DNA from: Takakia lepidozioides
Lineage: Eukaryota; Plantae; Bryophyta
Reading direction: 5' to 3'
Assembly: GCA_030704615.1 (NCBI GenBank)
Contig: CM060734.1
Span: 35,464,001 to 35,528,000 of the forward strand
DNA length: 64,000 bases
Below are positions 1-13,900 of the stretch, piece after piece; position 1 is the stretch's first letter, and each line of letters opens with the position of its first letter. The position numbers and the translations under genes were made by a program. The notes under the pieces were generated by a model. The model searched no databases. It saw only the letters and a program-made list of their open reading frames with translations, and had not been told where the DNA came from.

Positions 1-54
1 TGGTGTACATAGTTGTACTCTACCAGAGATGGCTTACTTATGCAATCCCCCCCT

Positions 55-1600
55 ACCCAACAATTAGTGAATTACACACATACGTTGCATTGAATCCATC
101 TCATTAATGCACATGCGACAAATGGAAGGTGAAATGATTCAGGATTTGCCAACCTGTGTAATTCCATAAGGTGGTTTGGGTATGGTCCCCTTTTCCATTG
201 CCCTCTGAATGATCTGTCTGACATGGTACCTAATGTCCTTCAAGTTTCGCCCCACCATCTCCATCACCCTTGTGTCACTCTAATTACCCGGAAATCAGCG
301 GTCTAACTCACGGGCATACGCCCACTTCACGCCAAAGTGCTGATCAGCCCACTCAATGTGTAAAGGGAACCGCCTCATTGCAAGTTCGAAGGCTGACTTC
401 TTCATAGCCTCCCAGAACGCACCGCAGGGGTCACCATGACAATTCACCTCCACCGGTGGCACCACGATCTTTGCCAACTCCACGTCCTCTATCGCTAAAG
501 TCATGTTCTTCTTCCCACCCTCTCTCTTACTTGTAGCCTCCTTCCCCTGCTCTTTTGTTACCCCACTGCCCTCCCCCGCATGCACACACTCACCCCTTCC
601 TCTCCATGAAACTTCTTCTTCTTTTTCTTCTTTTTCTTCCCCTTCCCCGCTACTTCATTTCTCTCCTTCTCTCTCTCCCTCTCCCTTCTCTCTCTATCCT
701 CGGCAGCCCCTTCATTGATGGTAACAAAGATCTCGGGAGGTCGAGGCCTCTTCTTCTTACCTTTGGTGTTCGAGTTCTTCATAAACACCACGTGCTCTTC
801 CTCATTGGCAACCCTACTGGACTGCACCAATGAGGCCAGCTATGTTGCTGTCTCCTGAAAACAAATAATCCCCCCAAATTCAAAAAAAGAAACAAACAAC
901 AAAGAAAATCATGCATGCAAAGGAAAGGACAAAACATGGAACAATGTGCGACAATTATACCTTTGCAAGCTTGTCCGACTCGCCCCCGGTGTCACCCGAT
1001 GTGGCAGGAGTCCCCGTTGTCGAATGTGCCCGCGCACCACTGGAAATAGATTCCAGATGTGGAGCATGGCCGGCGGCTGCGCCCCGTAGTCTAGGCCCTT
1101 CTTTGCTGACCGCTCAGGCTCAGGGGACGGCCGCTGATCGGCTAGGCCGCTCCAAACCGTCCCATACCATCCCCCCCCCCCCCCAAATGTGTAGCAGTAG
1201 AAGCCCTCACCTGGCTTGACTACTTCGAGGCGCTTCGCTATCTCGGCCACTTCATGGCCCTCCTTATCTCCTCGTCCCTCATCGACAACATTGGGCTAGC
1301 AACAACCACTTTCAAAGGCCCTTGAACCCGACGTTGGGCCTTGGCAAGTGCAGCCTTCGTTGCAGAGGAAGGGGTCGCTATAGGGGTGACATCCAAAAGT
1401 TGCCCATACCGGGCCCCCGAACAGGTGATGTGCTTGCCAAGGTACATTTCACCCATCTTGGGCCGGGTGTGTGCTCAATTGAGCATCCGGCTCAGCACAA
1501 CCCTCCCGAATAGGAGAGCCGGCTGAGCCGGCCCTGGTGCATCCAAGATGGGGATAAGAGGGGGGGTACTGGCCTCGGGGGCAAACGAGCCCTCCGTTGA
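55..1600 (-). pseudogene. Degenerate transposon-associated ORF remnants of unknown function, lying inside a probable TTAA-type element end
   Basis: Broken ORFs 295-585, 558-830 and 1238-1456 with K/E-rich linkers, plus a segment reading through stops (FWEAMKKSAFELAMRRFPLHIEWADQ...ELDR*FPGN). No catalytic motif recognised. Confidence 0.3.
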
Positions 1601-1892
1601 CGGGGCTGGTAAATCATCATGGTGCCTTGTCCAAATTTTTTGGCATTATGATAAATTTTCTAGATGTTATCTTGAACATTGCCCATTTGACTGCCACGTA
1701 GGCAGGTCAATGGTGCTCTAACACCGGATTTCCTGAAACCTGGCACTTTGCAAAATTCTAGGGAGTAGAGCTTTTATGATTTTTTGGCGCTGTAAATTCC
1801 CACGTGTGCTCCTATCTGACATCTACAATTCATCTTCAAGGTTCACTTCCATCCACTTTCATCCATGGGAATGGGAGCCTGGCAAGTAATCT

Positions 1893-1933
1893 GACGCGAC
1901 CTGATTCAGGTCGCGTCGTCCTTTAGGGGTTAA
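1893..1933 (-). mobile_element. piggyBac-like terminus (TTAA-CCCCTAAAGGAC... on minus strand) with subterminal palindrome
   Basis: GGGG|TTAA at 1926-1933. Palindrome GACGCGACCTGA-T-TCAGGTCGCGTC at 1893-1917. Confidence 0.5.
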
Positions 1934-2009
1934 CTATGCCGATTTAATTGGTCGGACTCTTTTCTCTTTGGGTAGTTGAGGAATATAATGGTATGGACGG
2001 TGTCTTCTA

Positions 2010-2390
2010 TATTACAAATAAGCAAATTCATTTGTGTGTAGATGAAATGATGATAGAGTATTCCAGTAAGTACAATATCAAACAGTTCATGAAAGACAAA
2101 TATGTTAGCTCCAAGATGCATGAGCACCTTAACTTGAGGCTCTCCTTTAAAAAAGGTGAAGGTAGCTTGGATGTAGGGAGATAAACCAGAATTGGTATTC
2201 TGTTCATGGAATGTTGGTCCCCACCCATCTGGACATGCAGCTGTGTTTTCCTTAACCAGCAGGCTTGGCCTTTTGCACTTAAAGCCATTTTCTATGACAA
2301 GCAGCAACTTCTTCATGAGCTTGGTGGATGGCAAGACTTCCAAGAACCAGGAGCTTTGCAGTTATAGAGCCTCTGGTTCCTTATGAGCCA
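2010..2390 (+). pseudogene. Degenerate piggyBac-like (DDE_Tnp_1_7) transposase fragment
   Basis: LCVDEMMIEYSSKYNIKQFMKDK resembles the piggyBac 'xIDExMxxxxGxxxxKQyxxxKP' block. In another frame, GHAAVFSLTSRLG...SSNFFMSL resembles the 'DNFFTS' block. Confidence 0.5.
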
Positions 2391-4193
2391 ATCATTTCTG
2401 AACATGCTTCTTTGATTACGCCTCCGCCAAAATATATATATGCATTTGCTGCAAAGTCCAGCATTCATGAGCATATTTAAGGATGTTAATTGCAAAGATA
2501 TCCATTTGCATTTCAGCTAGAATGTAGTTTATATACAGACTCAGATGCTATAGTGTATAGCTACAGTGTGGCTGGTCATGACCTCCATTGGCTATATTTG
2601 AAAACACTGAAGCTGGTTTTGATTCGGACCATGATCTCTTTAAATACTACACAGTTTTGTTTCGTCAAATTGTCATTTCAATTGAAATCAATTTCAAGAT
2701 CATTGCCTGCAATTTGGAAATCAATCAGCGCTTTAATTGCATTATCTATCAAAAATGTTATCTCTGTTCATCTATGAGGTCAGCAATTATACACCCTGTC
2801 CATCCACAAAGTCTGGAATATGCATGCGATAGGCAAAACAAAGGGTAGTAGAATACAGGGGTATTAGGCGAGCTCAGAGCCAACCAAAAAGTGACACATC
2901 GGCAAGATCGGGTGACCTGTTGGCTATATTTATCATATCATTTATTCCCACCACTTGACTAGCTACCCACCAGAAGAAACCCTACTCTCACCTTCTTGCG
3001 AGCCTGGCATTGGCTGCTCCCACACACTCTGTTTTGGACCCTTCGCAAATTAATTATTACTATGGACTGGGTATTTGAGAGATAGTACGAGAAAAGGAAA
3101 GAGAGAGCATTAGTCTACAGTTGCGCGATATTTTTGTGGAATATGGCTCAGAGCTGTCTTTGCCAGGTTGTAGAACATGCAAAGATCATCCTTGTAAAGA
3201 ACACACACTGCCGGTGCAGGAAATGCAAGAACTGTCTCTCCCTCTCCCTCTCTCTCTCACCCACACCCATCACACACTTCTTTGTCTAGCCACTTCTGAA
3301 GACTCAGTTATGACTTGGCCAAAAGGCAACAGTCACTTACTGGTCACAATGGAAACATTTAAATGTTTACGAGGCATAGGGGACACACGATCAATGAAAA
3401 TCATTGCTTCGGACCATAAAGTACAAGATAAACGAAATCAAATCCATGAAACTAAAACAGCAACAGTTTGAGTTGCACTGTCAAGCTGACCAAGAATGAC
3501 ATGTCAGAATGCACCATAAACTGTCAACACAATGTGACAAGAAAGACTATAATCAATGCTGTGCAATATCGATTTCTATCTGGGTATCTCAGTCAGATAT
3601 TGGTGATAATAAGCTTCACTGGGTATGAAATTCAGGGATATCAACCAGGGGTGCTCAACAACGGGCAGAGAAGGGAAGATGGGAGAGGAGATAGTATGGA
3701 TACAACTCGCGAGTGCTGATTCCACTACTGAATAGCGACAGCGAGCATGCAGGATGGAAGTGAGCACCACCGGAGAGAGTGAAGTGGACTCATTATAGAA
3801 GAGAAATTAACTCCATGCTGGCAAATCCAGTCAAAGAATAGGAACTGAGTTCCATGGGCGGCCTATCAGGCTGATCGTCACACACCCAAGATGGTGTGTA
3901 ATGGGCTCCATCACCCACATGACATTCCAACCTATAAAATGATCTAGCTCTGGCTACATAAATACAATATGAATGGACATTCTTCTCCCTGTATCTCTGA
4001 CCCTTACCTACCTGCAAAGGCAGAGACATTGTTTTGCTGCCTAGTGCAGTCTAGCAAACCAGCAGTCTTTGACTGCCTAATATTACCTGCCTTCCAGAGA
4101 AGACAGTGCAAGGTTGAATCCCCCTGAGAGAGTGCAGATGAGGACCTACGTGGTCCATTATCTGTCCATTCCCAAGGACGCTATTGATCAATC

Positions 4194-7105
4194 CTATCCC
4201 CCACACTGAGGCGGGGGGGAATATGGAACAGGGGAAGGGGATGGAGGGGCAGAGTATGTAGGGGCTGCAGTGGGAGAAGTGGGTGAGTATTGAAGAGGTG
4301 GAGGGGATGGAGGAGGGTGCAGGTACGTAGGTGGTACGGGGAGAGGAAGTGGGGGTGGATATTGAAGAGGGGGAGGATGGAGCAGGTAGGGGGGAGGGAG
4401 AGGGAGAATAGTCAGGGCGGAGAGAATACACAGGGAATAATTGGGGGGGGGAGGGTAAGGAGGGCTTGATTGGTGCAGGTGGTATGTAAGGAGTGGGGGG
4501 TGATAAAAGAGCAGCACAATTTTGCCGCGACTTTTGGCCTGATGCATTGGGAATACAATTGCCTCGTATGTCAATAGTGACATCATGATGCGTAAGGTCT
4601 AAGCAAGATTCACTTATGCCTGTGAACAAGTTGTTGGAGACAGTGAGGTTCTTCAGATTGGGCAAATCGCACACATTGGCAGTGACATTTCCAGTTATGT
4701 TGTTGTTTCCCACATCGAAATCGACCAGGCTAGTCATGTTTGAGATGCTGCTAGGCAGTGTGCCGCTGAGCTTATTGAAGCTCGCATCAAATACTGTCAC
4801 AAGATTCAACTCACCAATTTGCTCTGGAAGGGTACCTGAGATTGAGTTGTTGAGGAAGATTACTTCGTTCAACATGGCTGACATGTTTCCGATGCTGGAG
4901 GGGATCTCCCCGCAAAAGAAATTGTTTGCCAACACCACCACTGAAATTGGTGAACTCCCCAAATTCTGCGGTATGTGGCAGTCAAACGCATTGTTGTTTA
5001 CAAACAAAGCATCCAGGCGCTTTTCAAAGACTGCTGGTGGAAGAGAGCCACAGAACTGGTTGAATCGAATGTCAAGAAAGATGAGCTCTGGGATATCCAA
5101 CACGACTGAAGGGAATGGACCTGAAAACTGGTTGTTACTCAGATCAAGTTCGAACAAAGTCCCCAAATTCTTGAATGAGTCCGGAATTGTCCCCGTGAAT
5201 CGATTGCTGTTGATATGAAAGAGACCTAATTCATGGAGCGACCCCAGCTCTGTAACCAACGTCCCAGCCAGGTCTGAATGGTTCAAGTCAATCCCAGCGA
5301 CCACTAGTATACTGGAATTATTATCATTCATTGGCGGTGAACAAAATACTCCCTTGTACTCACACACGGCATGCCCCACCCATGTGGCTGTGACTCCTTG
5401 AGGGTCATCAGTAATGGCGCGCTTCCATGCTTGAAGAGCAATATATGCACAGTATTGGCTTGCTGCTGGGTTATGATGCACAACCGCCGGAGGACGATTC
5501 CCTTCTACCCACATGTTGCTTACTTTTGGTTCCGAAGCCCGATTACTGAACCCTGCACATGAGAGTAGAGAGAACATCAGAATTTTGAGATGAACACAAG
5601 CGTATGACATGCACGACTCCACATCTACAAAATCCAAAATGCCTGGAATGGGGAAAAAGAAGAGAAAACAGAAATAATCGTTACTAGTGCTTTACGGACT
5701 TAATCGTTGTCAATATGGGCATTTGAGGATCATGCCAAGGTTGATTGAAATCCTGCACTATACAACCCTTTCGTATTCATGTGCCCATGATCATTTGAGT
5801 CTCAGCACAGACCCTCCCAGCAACCCAGGTATATATTGAGAACATGTGCTTTTCATAGCACTTGCACACCTCATTTCCCCACATAATCCAGAGTTGAACA
5901 CCTGCAGCTGGCATCACTGCGGACTAACTCAGTATATGAAGGGTTCCAGACAGCAATGGTGGTCCCTAAACTCATTAGGCATGACTCAACATGTGGGATG
6001 GGATGCCGTGGTGTGTCACACTCTGTTTGACTCTACTAACAAGGTCACCTCATGATAGGCCAAAAAAAATATGCAACTAAATTGCAGCCGTCATAAGGTG
6101 TGACTGAAACGGGCAGCAACTAGAAGGCCCTCAACTTATTAACTGGTAAATATAGCACATTCTTTACAGAGAGGTGTAGAATCCTACTCAGCCTGTTCCT
6201 CTCTCTAGCCCTCTCTACTGTCTCTGCATCCTCCCCTCCCATCAAAGCTTGAGGAGCTAGTGGCTTTCAAATATACTCAGTTTACACCAGTTGTATTTGC
6301 CATATGATGTTATGTTGAAGCAGAAACTGTGCAAGATCTGAACTAAGCATTGGAATAGCCACAACGGATCCAGCATTTTGCACAAATGTGAGATGTAGCC
6401 TCCAACAGGACTTTCGGGGTAAAACAGATTTGCAGCTTTCACTAGCAGGCGTGGGTTCATTCCATCAAGACCTGCACTCTGTTTCTAATTAAGCCACCAG
6501 TCTGCTTGAACTGTGGGCCATGAAACTCTCCGGTAATGGTGGATTCCAGACAAAGGAGAATTGGCTGGTGTCTAAGTACATTCCGGCTTGTAGCTGTCTC
6601 GATGAAGGACGAATCTATGGGCGGAGAGCTGCATTATGTGCGACTCAAACATTAGACTTTTGAGACACTTCCTTTCAGAGACCTCACAAAATTCTTGTTC
6701 CTACGTTTCTCCCTGCTGAGTTTGTCGTATTCTTCATCTAAACAACAAGCTAGCATTGTGCAAAGTTTGCATTACAAGACTTCATGTAAAGAAGTGGTTA
6801 ACCACGACTAAAACCTGGATCTTTCCGGCCATCTGGATATCCATGACTACCTTGCTTCCAAAGAAAAGAAAGGGCATTTGCAGCCTACCTTCGGCTCTTG
6901 CGATTGGACAGTTTGAAAGAGAAAACAGATCCACACGGAAATAAAAGACTGAGTTGGGACCGAGCAAAGCCAAAAGAAGTAGGCAAAGAATGTCATACCG
7001 GATGCGAGCTTTAATGGCATAGACAAGCACAGCAGAAGCAGCAACATTAAGCTCCTCTGCGCGAACGCGCACATCCGTGCCTGGTGCAAGGAAGCCAATG
7101 GGCAT
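4194..7105 (-). CDS. Leucine-rich repeat extensin (LRX/PEX-like); exon 1 7105-6889, exon 2 5552 to ~4194 with an apparent frameshift near 4390
   Basis: LRX N-cap (AYIALQAWKRAITDDP...W.G..VCEYKGVFC...VVAGIDLNH), ~10 LRRs, Cys motif GNCIP...QNC and Pro-rich tail. GAAG|GT donor at 6889/6888 and AG|GG acceptor at 5553/5552 are both phase 1 and join a hydrophobic N-terminal segment. Confidence 0.85.
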
Positions 7106-7499
7106 ACATCCAACTGTGCCATGCAGCACTCTCGCACCCACCTATCTCCTCCTCAGTTTTTTCCACTGCCTCCCTCTATCGTTTCCCTACTTCTGAAAGC
7201 GTCCTCCCCAAGTTTCTACGTCTATTTCATCACGTTCATCTGCTTCTCCTGCGAGTCCCCTTCCCTCGCACGCTCTAACTCCCCCTGTCTCTCTTCAATG
7301 GCCTAATCCAGCACCGCATTGTAGTCCTCCCTGCGCCTGTCGACCTGTGCTTCAGCCCCGCGCTGTCTTTTCCTTCTCATATCACCAAATCCATGCACCT
7401 CCTCCCTCCTCCATCAACCATCTCCAGCTGCCTTCCCCGTCTGCACTGATTCTGCTCCCCTCAAGATCATCCTAACACGGGTCGTGTAGCTCAATGCAA

Positions 7500-7984
7500 G
7501 GCCTTCATTCTCGTTGGAGCCCCTCCCTCAAGCATTGTCTTGCACATCACCTGACACTGCAATCAATACTCCGATGTGCAGAGCACTCAGAACCCACAAC
7601 ACGCGGAGGAGAGACGAGACTTGTTTGAAAATAGAAAGCGACGCTGCAGTACCGCAGACACACTACCACAGTGACGGGACTGATCATATTCACGTTACTA
7701 ATCGCGAGTAGACTCCGATAGCTGACGTGGGTCTGAGCCTCGTCGCTAACGGGAACGATAGTTAACGTGAAATACCGTCCCCAACTTGTGAGAATTAGGG
7801 TTACAACTGCTGTCTGTGGGCATTAGGGTTGTATGGACTTGAGGCTCAACCCGTGATCGAAATTTGCTGCCACAGACATGATATATGTGATGGAAGTCGA
7901 TTGATTTCGGCACTGGTGATGTATTCTGCTGGTAGGGGAGAGAGACCTCGCAGAGATTGACTGTGTGGTGATGCTGGGAGAAAA
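7500..7984. promoter_or_regulatory. Short intergenic region between divergent LRX and SWC2 genes, with telo-box-like TTAGGGTT (~7796, ~7823) and TGACGTGG (~7723)
   Basis: Head-to-head gene arrangement; motifs are visible in the sequence. Confidence 0.4.
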
Positions 7985-10900
7985 ATGAAGGAGGATGAAT
8001 CAGGCTTACAGCGTCAGGCTCGTTTGACGAGGGGAAGGAGGTGTTTTTTCACTAGCTTCCTTATCTTCTTGTTCAGACTTACGCGTTGCTCAAAGGTTCG
8101 GTGGGTGAAGGTGGTCACGCAAGGAAATAGCTATTCTATTTGCCTACAGTGGCAGTTATTTGTGGTCCCCTTCCAGCCGTATATGCTTGTGACTCCAATC
8201 AGTGTGTTCGGAGAGAGAGAGAGAGAGAGAGAGATGATGATGATGATTTCTAGGGATAATTTCGAATACGAATTAGAGGACGTGTGGTCTTTTCTCTATG
8301 TTTTTTTGTAATCTTCTTTGGTTCTAAGGAAATAATAGACTGGACTGTGATACCCCCAAGCCTGAACTGCTGGCCCACTTGAAACCAGTGTACCCCGGTT
8401 GAGGCTGTTCTCCAGATTACTAAAGGTGTAGTGTTTTGATTCTTCCATGGAGAAATCCCTCTGGTCCACTCGCAACACTTTTCCCGAAACCCTAAATGTT
8501 ACAAAACGTCCTAAGATGGACATAATGTTTTTCTGTCCGTGCCTTTTTGCGTTGAAAGAGCGTCTTGTTCTTCTCGTTTCCAACCCCGTTTTATCTTGAG
8601 AGTTTGAGACTAGAAGCTTCTCATGAAGATTTGACTGCCCTTTCATTTATTCTTTATGGACTGGTTTAGACGGGTTGTGTATGGTTTACACTGTGGGCTA
8701 GCCGATGGCTTCTAACGGTTCGTTTTTCCTCTGTTACTGGTGCAGACTGTCAAGACTGCTTGAGGAGGAGGTGGAAGCTGATGATGAGTTTTGGAATCAG
8801 GATGCATTCAGAGACGTAAGCCTCCTCCATACCTTTGGCCTAGTGTGGAAGGTCATGAGTGACGTTGTTTGTCGCAGCCTTGTGGCCATAGACCCTGCTC
8901 CCAGTTTGGGAGGAACCATGAGAGAGAGAGAGAGAGAGATTCTGGATTCTGTCACAAAATCTGGTCTATCACCATTTTACCGGTTTGAATCTATTGTGTC
9001 TCATAACCATGAGATCAAACACGAGTTGGTGTACGTCTACAAGCCTACTACCCGATTTCAATAAGACATTGTTTGCCATAGCCCAGTTTAAGTGGAGCAC
9101 AATGGGACAGGAACTACCATTGTCAGGGGCTGACGCCGGTAGTTTACCTTGAAACAGACAATTGATCCAAGTTTTCCAGATATCCTCTAGAAATCCCTTC
9201 ACACAAACATCAATCTGCTTTGTGTGACTTGTCCAATAACTAGACCCCAAAAGGGCCTGGACTTTTGGCTCAGCCTCGAGATTTTCAAAGTTGGTAAACA
9301 GTGGTACAGGAACAATTCCCTTGGTTGATTTGAAGAGGGTGTCTCTCTGGTGAGAGTACCCAGGACAATGAATGAGAGAGAGAGAGAGAGATTGTACTCA
9401 TAAGACGTTGTTTGCCGTAGCCTTGTGGCCATTGACCCCGCGCCCAGTTTGAGCGGGAACAAAAGGGACAGAACCTACCTCTGTCAGGGGCTGACGTTGG
9501 TAGTAAGAGAGAGAGAGAGAGAGTTCGATCAATTGTGATGGCAGAGCTATTGCAACACCAGCCTTCGGGTGTCAAGACCTAGAGTTCAGAAAAGTGTTGA
9601 CAAAGTAAAAGCAGAAGGATGTAGTCAGATAAGCTCAGACTTCGCAGAGAACCTTGAAGTACATGTTGCCTATTCAGAGGTAATGGACATGTAAGGGTTA
9701 TTTGTTCTTATTACACTTCATATTTGAAGCCTATGGGTGTGGACCTGTTGTGAATGGCAGGATGAGGTTGACAACGAATATGAAGAAGAAGAAGAACAAG
9801 TGGATGAGTTCGACAGTGATTTCAACGACGATGTATGCAAGCCCCATCCCACATTCATCCACAGTGGTTTTTGTTAAGCATATGCTAAGCCTGTGGTCAA
9901 CATTGTTGTGCTTTAAGCCCCCTCCCCTTCTCCTTTTTTGTTGCTCATTTCTTAGGAGCATGCAATCGTTCCATCCCTTTTGTTTCCTTTGCCCTGTTTC
10001 CATCCTTAATCCCAGGCTTTTGAAATATGGAATGGTAGCTCCGAAGTCTTTGGATTTGGATATAAGGCCTTTACATACTGTGCTTATTCTTTTTCCCGGC
10101 ACATGGGATGTGTGTTGCAGGAAGAAGATTCTGATGGTGAGCAAGCAGATGAAGATGAAAGGTACTTTTTAACTCACTCGCTCCTGGAAACCTGTGCATT
10201 GACAACCGGTTGGTTGGTAGTATGCTGGCTATTTAGTTTGTGTGTTCTTGGTCCCGTATCCCCCTTTCTCATTCCCAATGGTCAGTAGATAGTCGTAGAC
10301 CTCTCACTCTCTTGTTCTGTTGCCTGCATTCAATGGCCACAAGGCTACGGCAAACAACGTCTTATGAGTACATTCTGTTGCCTGCACTCCCTCTCTCATC
10401 CTGGTATTATACTCTTCTTGTTTCGGGAATTGGACTTCAAGCTGATTGAGACTGATTCAATGTTGCTGTGTAACATGTGCTTGGGCAATGTATTCAGGAG
10501 ACCAATGAAGAAGAGAAAACTACCTCCTGGAAAGAAACCTCTCAAGAAAGGCAATCCTTCAAGCACTAAAAAGAAGGGAATATCTTTTGTTGAAGAAGCA
10601 GCAGCAGCCGCCGCCGCCGGAGATGCCCCATGCCCTCGGTCTAAACCAGCTCATCAGCCAACACCAAGCCGGCATCTTGATGATAAAGATGATGGGGAGG
10701 TTTTAGCCTTTGATATAGATGGGGAGAGAACAGTGCGAAAATCCACTCGGACTGCAGTGGTTGTGAAGCAAGCTGAGAGGGAGGCACAGCGTGCTGCTCT
10801 ACAAGCTATTGCTAGGGTAGAGGACCAGACTTGAACATATTCATGCAGTTTTCTCCCTGACCCCTTTTTGTTGCCCCGCATTTGCAGTATACATATGCTG

Positions 10901-13900
10901 AGCTCCATATTACTTTCTCAACGAGATGGTGGGTCCGAGTGTTGCATCCACACAAGCATTAATAGCGGATCGATGTGTCTCTGCATGGATGCATAATGTA
11001 TGATCGAGAGAGCTGCAGCCTGTTGTGAAGAAGAAGAAGGGAGAAGAGGAGCGCAAGATGACCCAGGAAGAGATGCTTCTAGAAGCCGCCCAAACTGGTG
11101 CAACTCCCTCACCCTACCTGTCTCTTTCTATCTGCCTGTTGACTGGTTGTTCATATATGCTACTGAATTGGGGAACTAAGGTAGAAGTACTGAAGCGAAC
11201 AATTTGTTTTCTCATTATGTCCATACCAACCTTTACTGAAATAGCAGATTGATGCTTGTGTGAAGGCTTTCTAGAGAAAATCTGGAAAGCCCAAACTACT
11301 TGTTTATATCATGGTAAGTGCTACTACTGGATTGTCTTTTCCCTCTTGTTCTGCTCAAACTGGGCGCGGGGTGTATGGCCACAAGGCTACGGCGAACACT
11401 GTCCTATGAGTACATTCGCTCTGTACATGTAGGTTTGCCGTTTCCTTTTGAGTACCAGTGTCACTTTTTGGCGGTGGTGACCGTCTGTTGGTGGGATTGG
11501 TACTGCAGAAATACAAAATCGCCAATCATTGGAGATTATGTTGGCTCGCGAAGAGGAGGTGAAGAGGAAGGCAATCATTCACAAGGAAATCTACAGTGGG
11601 CCACAAATCCGTTTTCATTCCAAGAATGGTATGGCTATCTAATAAACATCAGGATTGGGTCTCCAAAGCAAGATGATGCTTGCAAACCCAGGCTCTAGTC
11701 TCAAGCAATTATGGACTTCTCTTTCTCTCACCCTCTCTCTGCAGAAAAGGGTAGAGTAGATTTTCAAGTACCTGAATATTAGGCAGGAAGAACTGATCCT
11801 GCTAGATGAGCTGGCTTAGAGGCTGAAGTGTCGAAGGCCATGTCGGATGCATGAAGAATGTCCGAACAAAATGAAGTTATGGATAAAACGTTCCTGAACT
11901 GTTTCCAGTTTGTGACATGGGTGACCTTAAGGATGATCTGCAGGGCACCTTCCCTCGGCACAGGCTCAAATTTAAACTCGAGGCAGGGAGTCTTCCTATG
12001 AACAAAAACAGATACAGAGAGGAAGAGGAGATTGCCAATGCCCAATGTGCCGGTGGCCTGAAGACAATATCCATTGTGAGACGATGTCCAGGGTATTGTC
12101 ATCAGAGAGCGGCCCTCTTCAAGACCACCAACAACAAAATCCCTGCTCTGTTCACCAACTTTCAAAATATCGAGACTGAACCAAAAGCCGTGGCCCTGTT
12201 GGGGTCTAGTTGCTGGGCAGCTCAGACACAGCAGATTGATGCTTATGTGAAGGGCTTTCTAGAGGCAATCTGTAAAGTACCACAAAGCGAGTACATTCTT
12301 TCCCTTTCTTTCTTTCTGAGCAGCGAATGTCTCAACAGCAACCACAGCCATATTTATCACATCTCTTCTAAGGTTACAGGAGCAGTACTAGAACAACCTC
12401 ATCCGTGCAGTTTCGTGTCAAGCGCAAACCCAATCAAACCTCATTTCTACCCTATGTGCAAGTGCCAAACTGTTTTGTGCTTTCTCTTACACACCTGACG
12501 CCGCACGACCAGCTCTGTGAGGATGCTCTATTTCTTTCTCTGTGCGGACGTTATAAAGTTTCATTTCATTCATTTCATTTCTGTTTCTGTATCTGTCTCT
12601 CTGTGCCGAGTAGTTAAGGGCAACATTTGGGGCTTGATATGCTCTTCTTGGTCCTTTCTGTTTGGGAGTGTGTCCCACTACTGCAGGTACTTCAGTGAAG
12701 TAGTGCCCCCCATGCCGTGCCCCTCTTTAACCTTCCATCCCCCTTCTTAATCTGTCCAAATAGGGCACAGGGGTCCATGACCCCAAGAGTCTCTCCCTGC
12801 ATTCTTGAAGAGGGACTTGGGCACCCTCAGAGTCATTCTCACACCCTAAGGATGTGGGGGCGTTGGAGTAAAAACATATCCTTGGAGGCTAGAATCCGTC
12901 CTGTCTGTACTACCAAGGAAGTAGTGGGAGTAACTGCCATATGTAAGGTGAGATTGGTGGCATTCATCTTTGTCGTTTGATGTTTTTGTCTACATTGACC
13001 ATGGGCCCGTGGGTCACCTGTAAATGTTACAAAGTCTCTCTTTCTATTGCTGTGTCTCTCTCGGGTTCATAGCCTCCTATGTCAGATGAAAGGTTGCATC
13101 TCGTATGCTAACATAACCAAGGTTCAGAGACTATAGCTGGGTCGGCAACTAGCCTGGCCCACATATTTGCAAGTTAAGCCATTTCCTTGTGGGTTTCCTT
13201 GGCAGGTGTCAATATACTGGAGTTCACCAAGGTGCTGGTTGTACCTGAGGTCTTCAGTTCCAAGGCCAAACCTTGTATGTTCTCTTTTAACAGGTTTCAG
13301 CAATCTGCTTACCTCTTATCTTCTTTCTCACTTCCTCTCTTTGTGGTGCTTTATGTTTGTGTTTTTGTCGTCACTATCAAAGATGGACTATTTCTCTTTC
13401 GTTTAAATGATCTCATGCTACCTTCCAATTAACGAGATATGGTGATGCAGACCCAAAAGCCTCTGTCTGTGTCATCACCGGGTTGCCTGCTAAGTACGTC
13501 AACTCGTTATCCCAACTCTGATGTGATATTTACCCAGGAGCTAATGTCTTGTTGAAGGGCTTATCGTTCTCTTCTGCTTCTTTCGAATGTGATTTTTTAC
13601 TCTACTTTGCTTAGTGCCTCTTTGTTCTCATCTATGGTGGGATTTGTCAGGTATCGGGACCCTCAAACAGGCCTGCCCTATGCCACTAGGGACGCTTTTA
13701 AAGTTATTCGTGAACGGTAGGCTCCTTTGTACCTTGTAATTTGTGATACACTTAGCAAAGAAACTGAATTCCAGTCCTGCACGGCCTTCCAGCTTGTAGG
13801 AGACATTGGCTGTGGAGGGAATGATATTAAGACTTAGCTATGACTATTATGACGTGTATTTGGGGAAGGTTTTAGTGATTAGGAGTCTAAGGTTGCTCTC

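Noticed and set aside
4616-5218. 200-aa plus-strand ORF
   Set aside because: Antisense shadow of the LRR exon.
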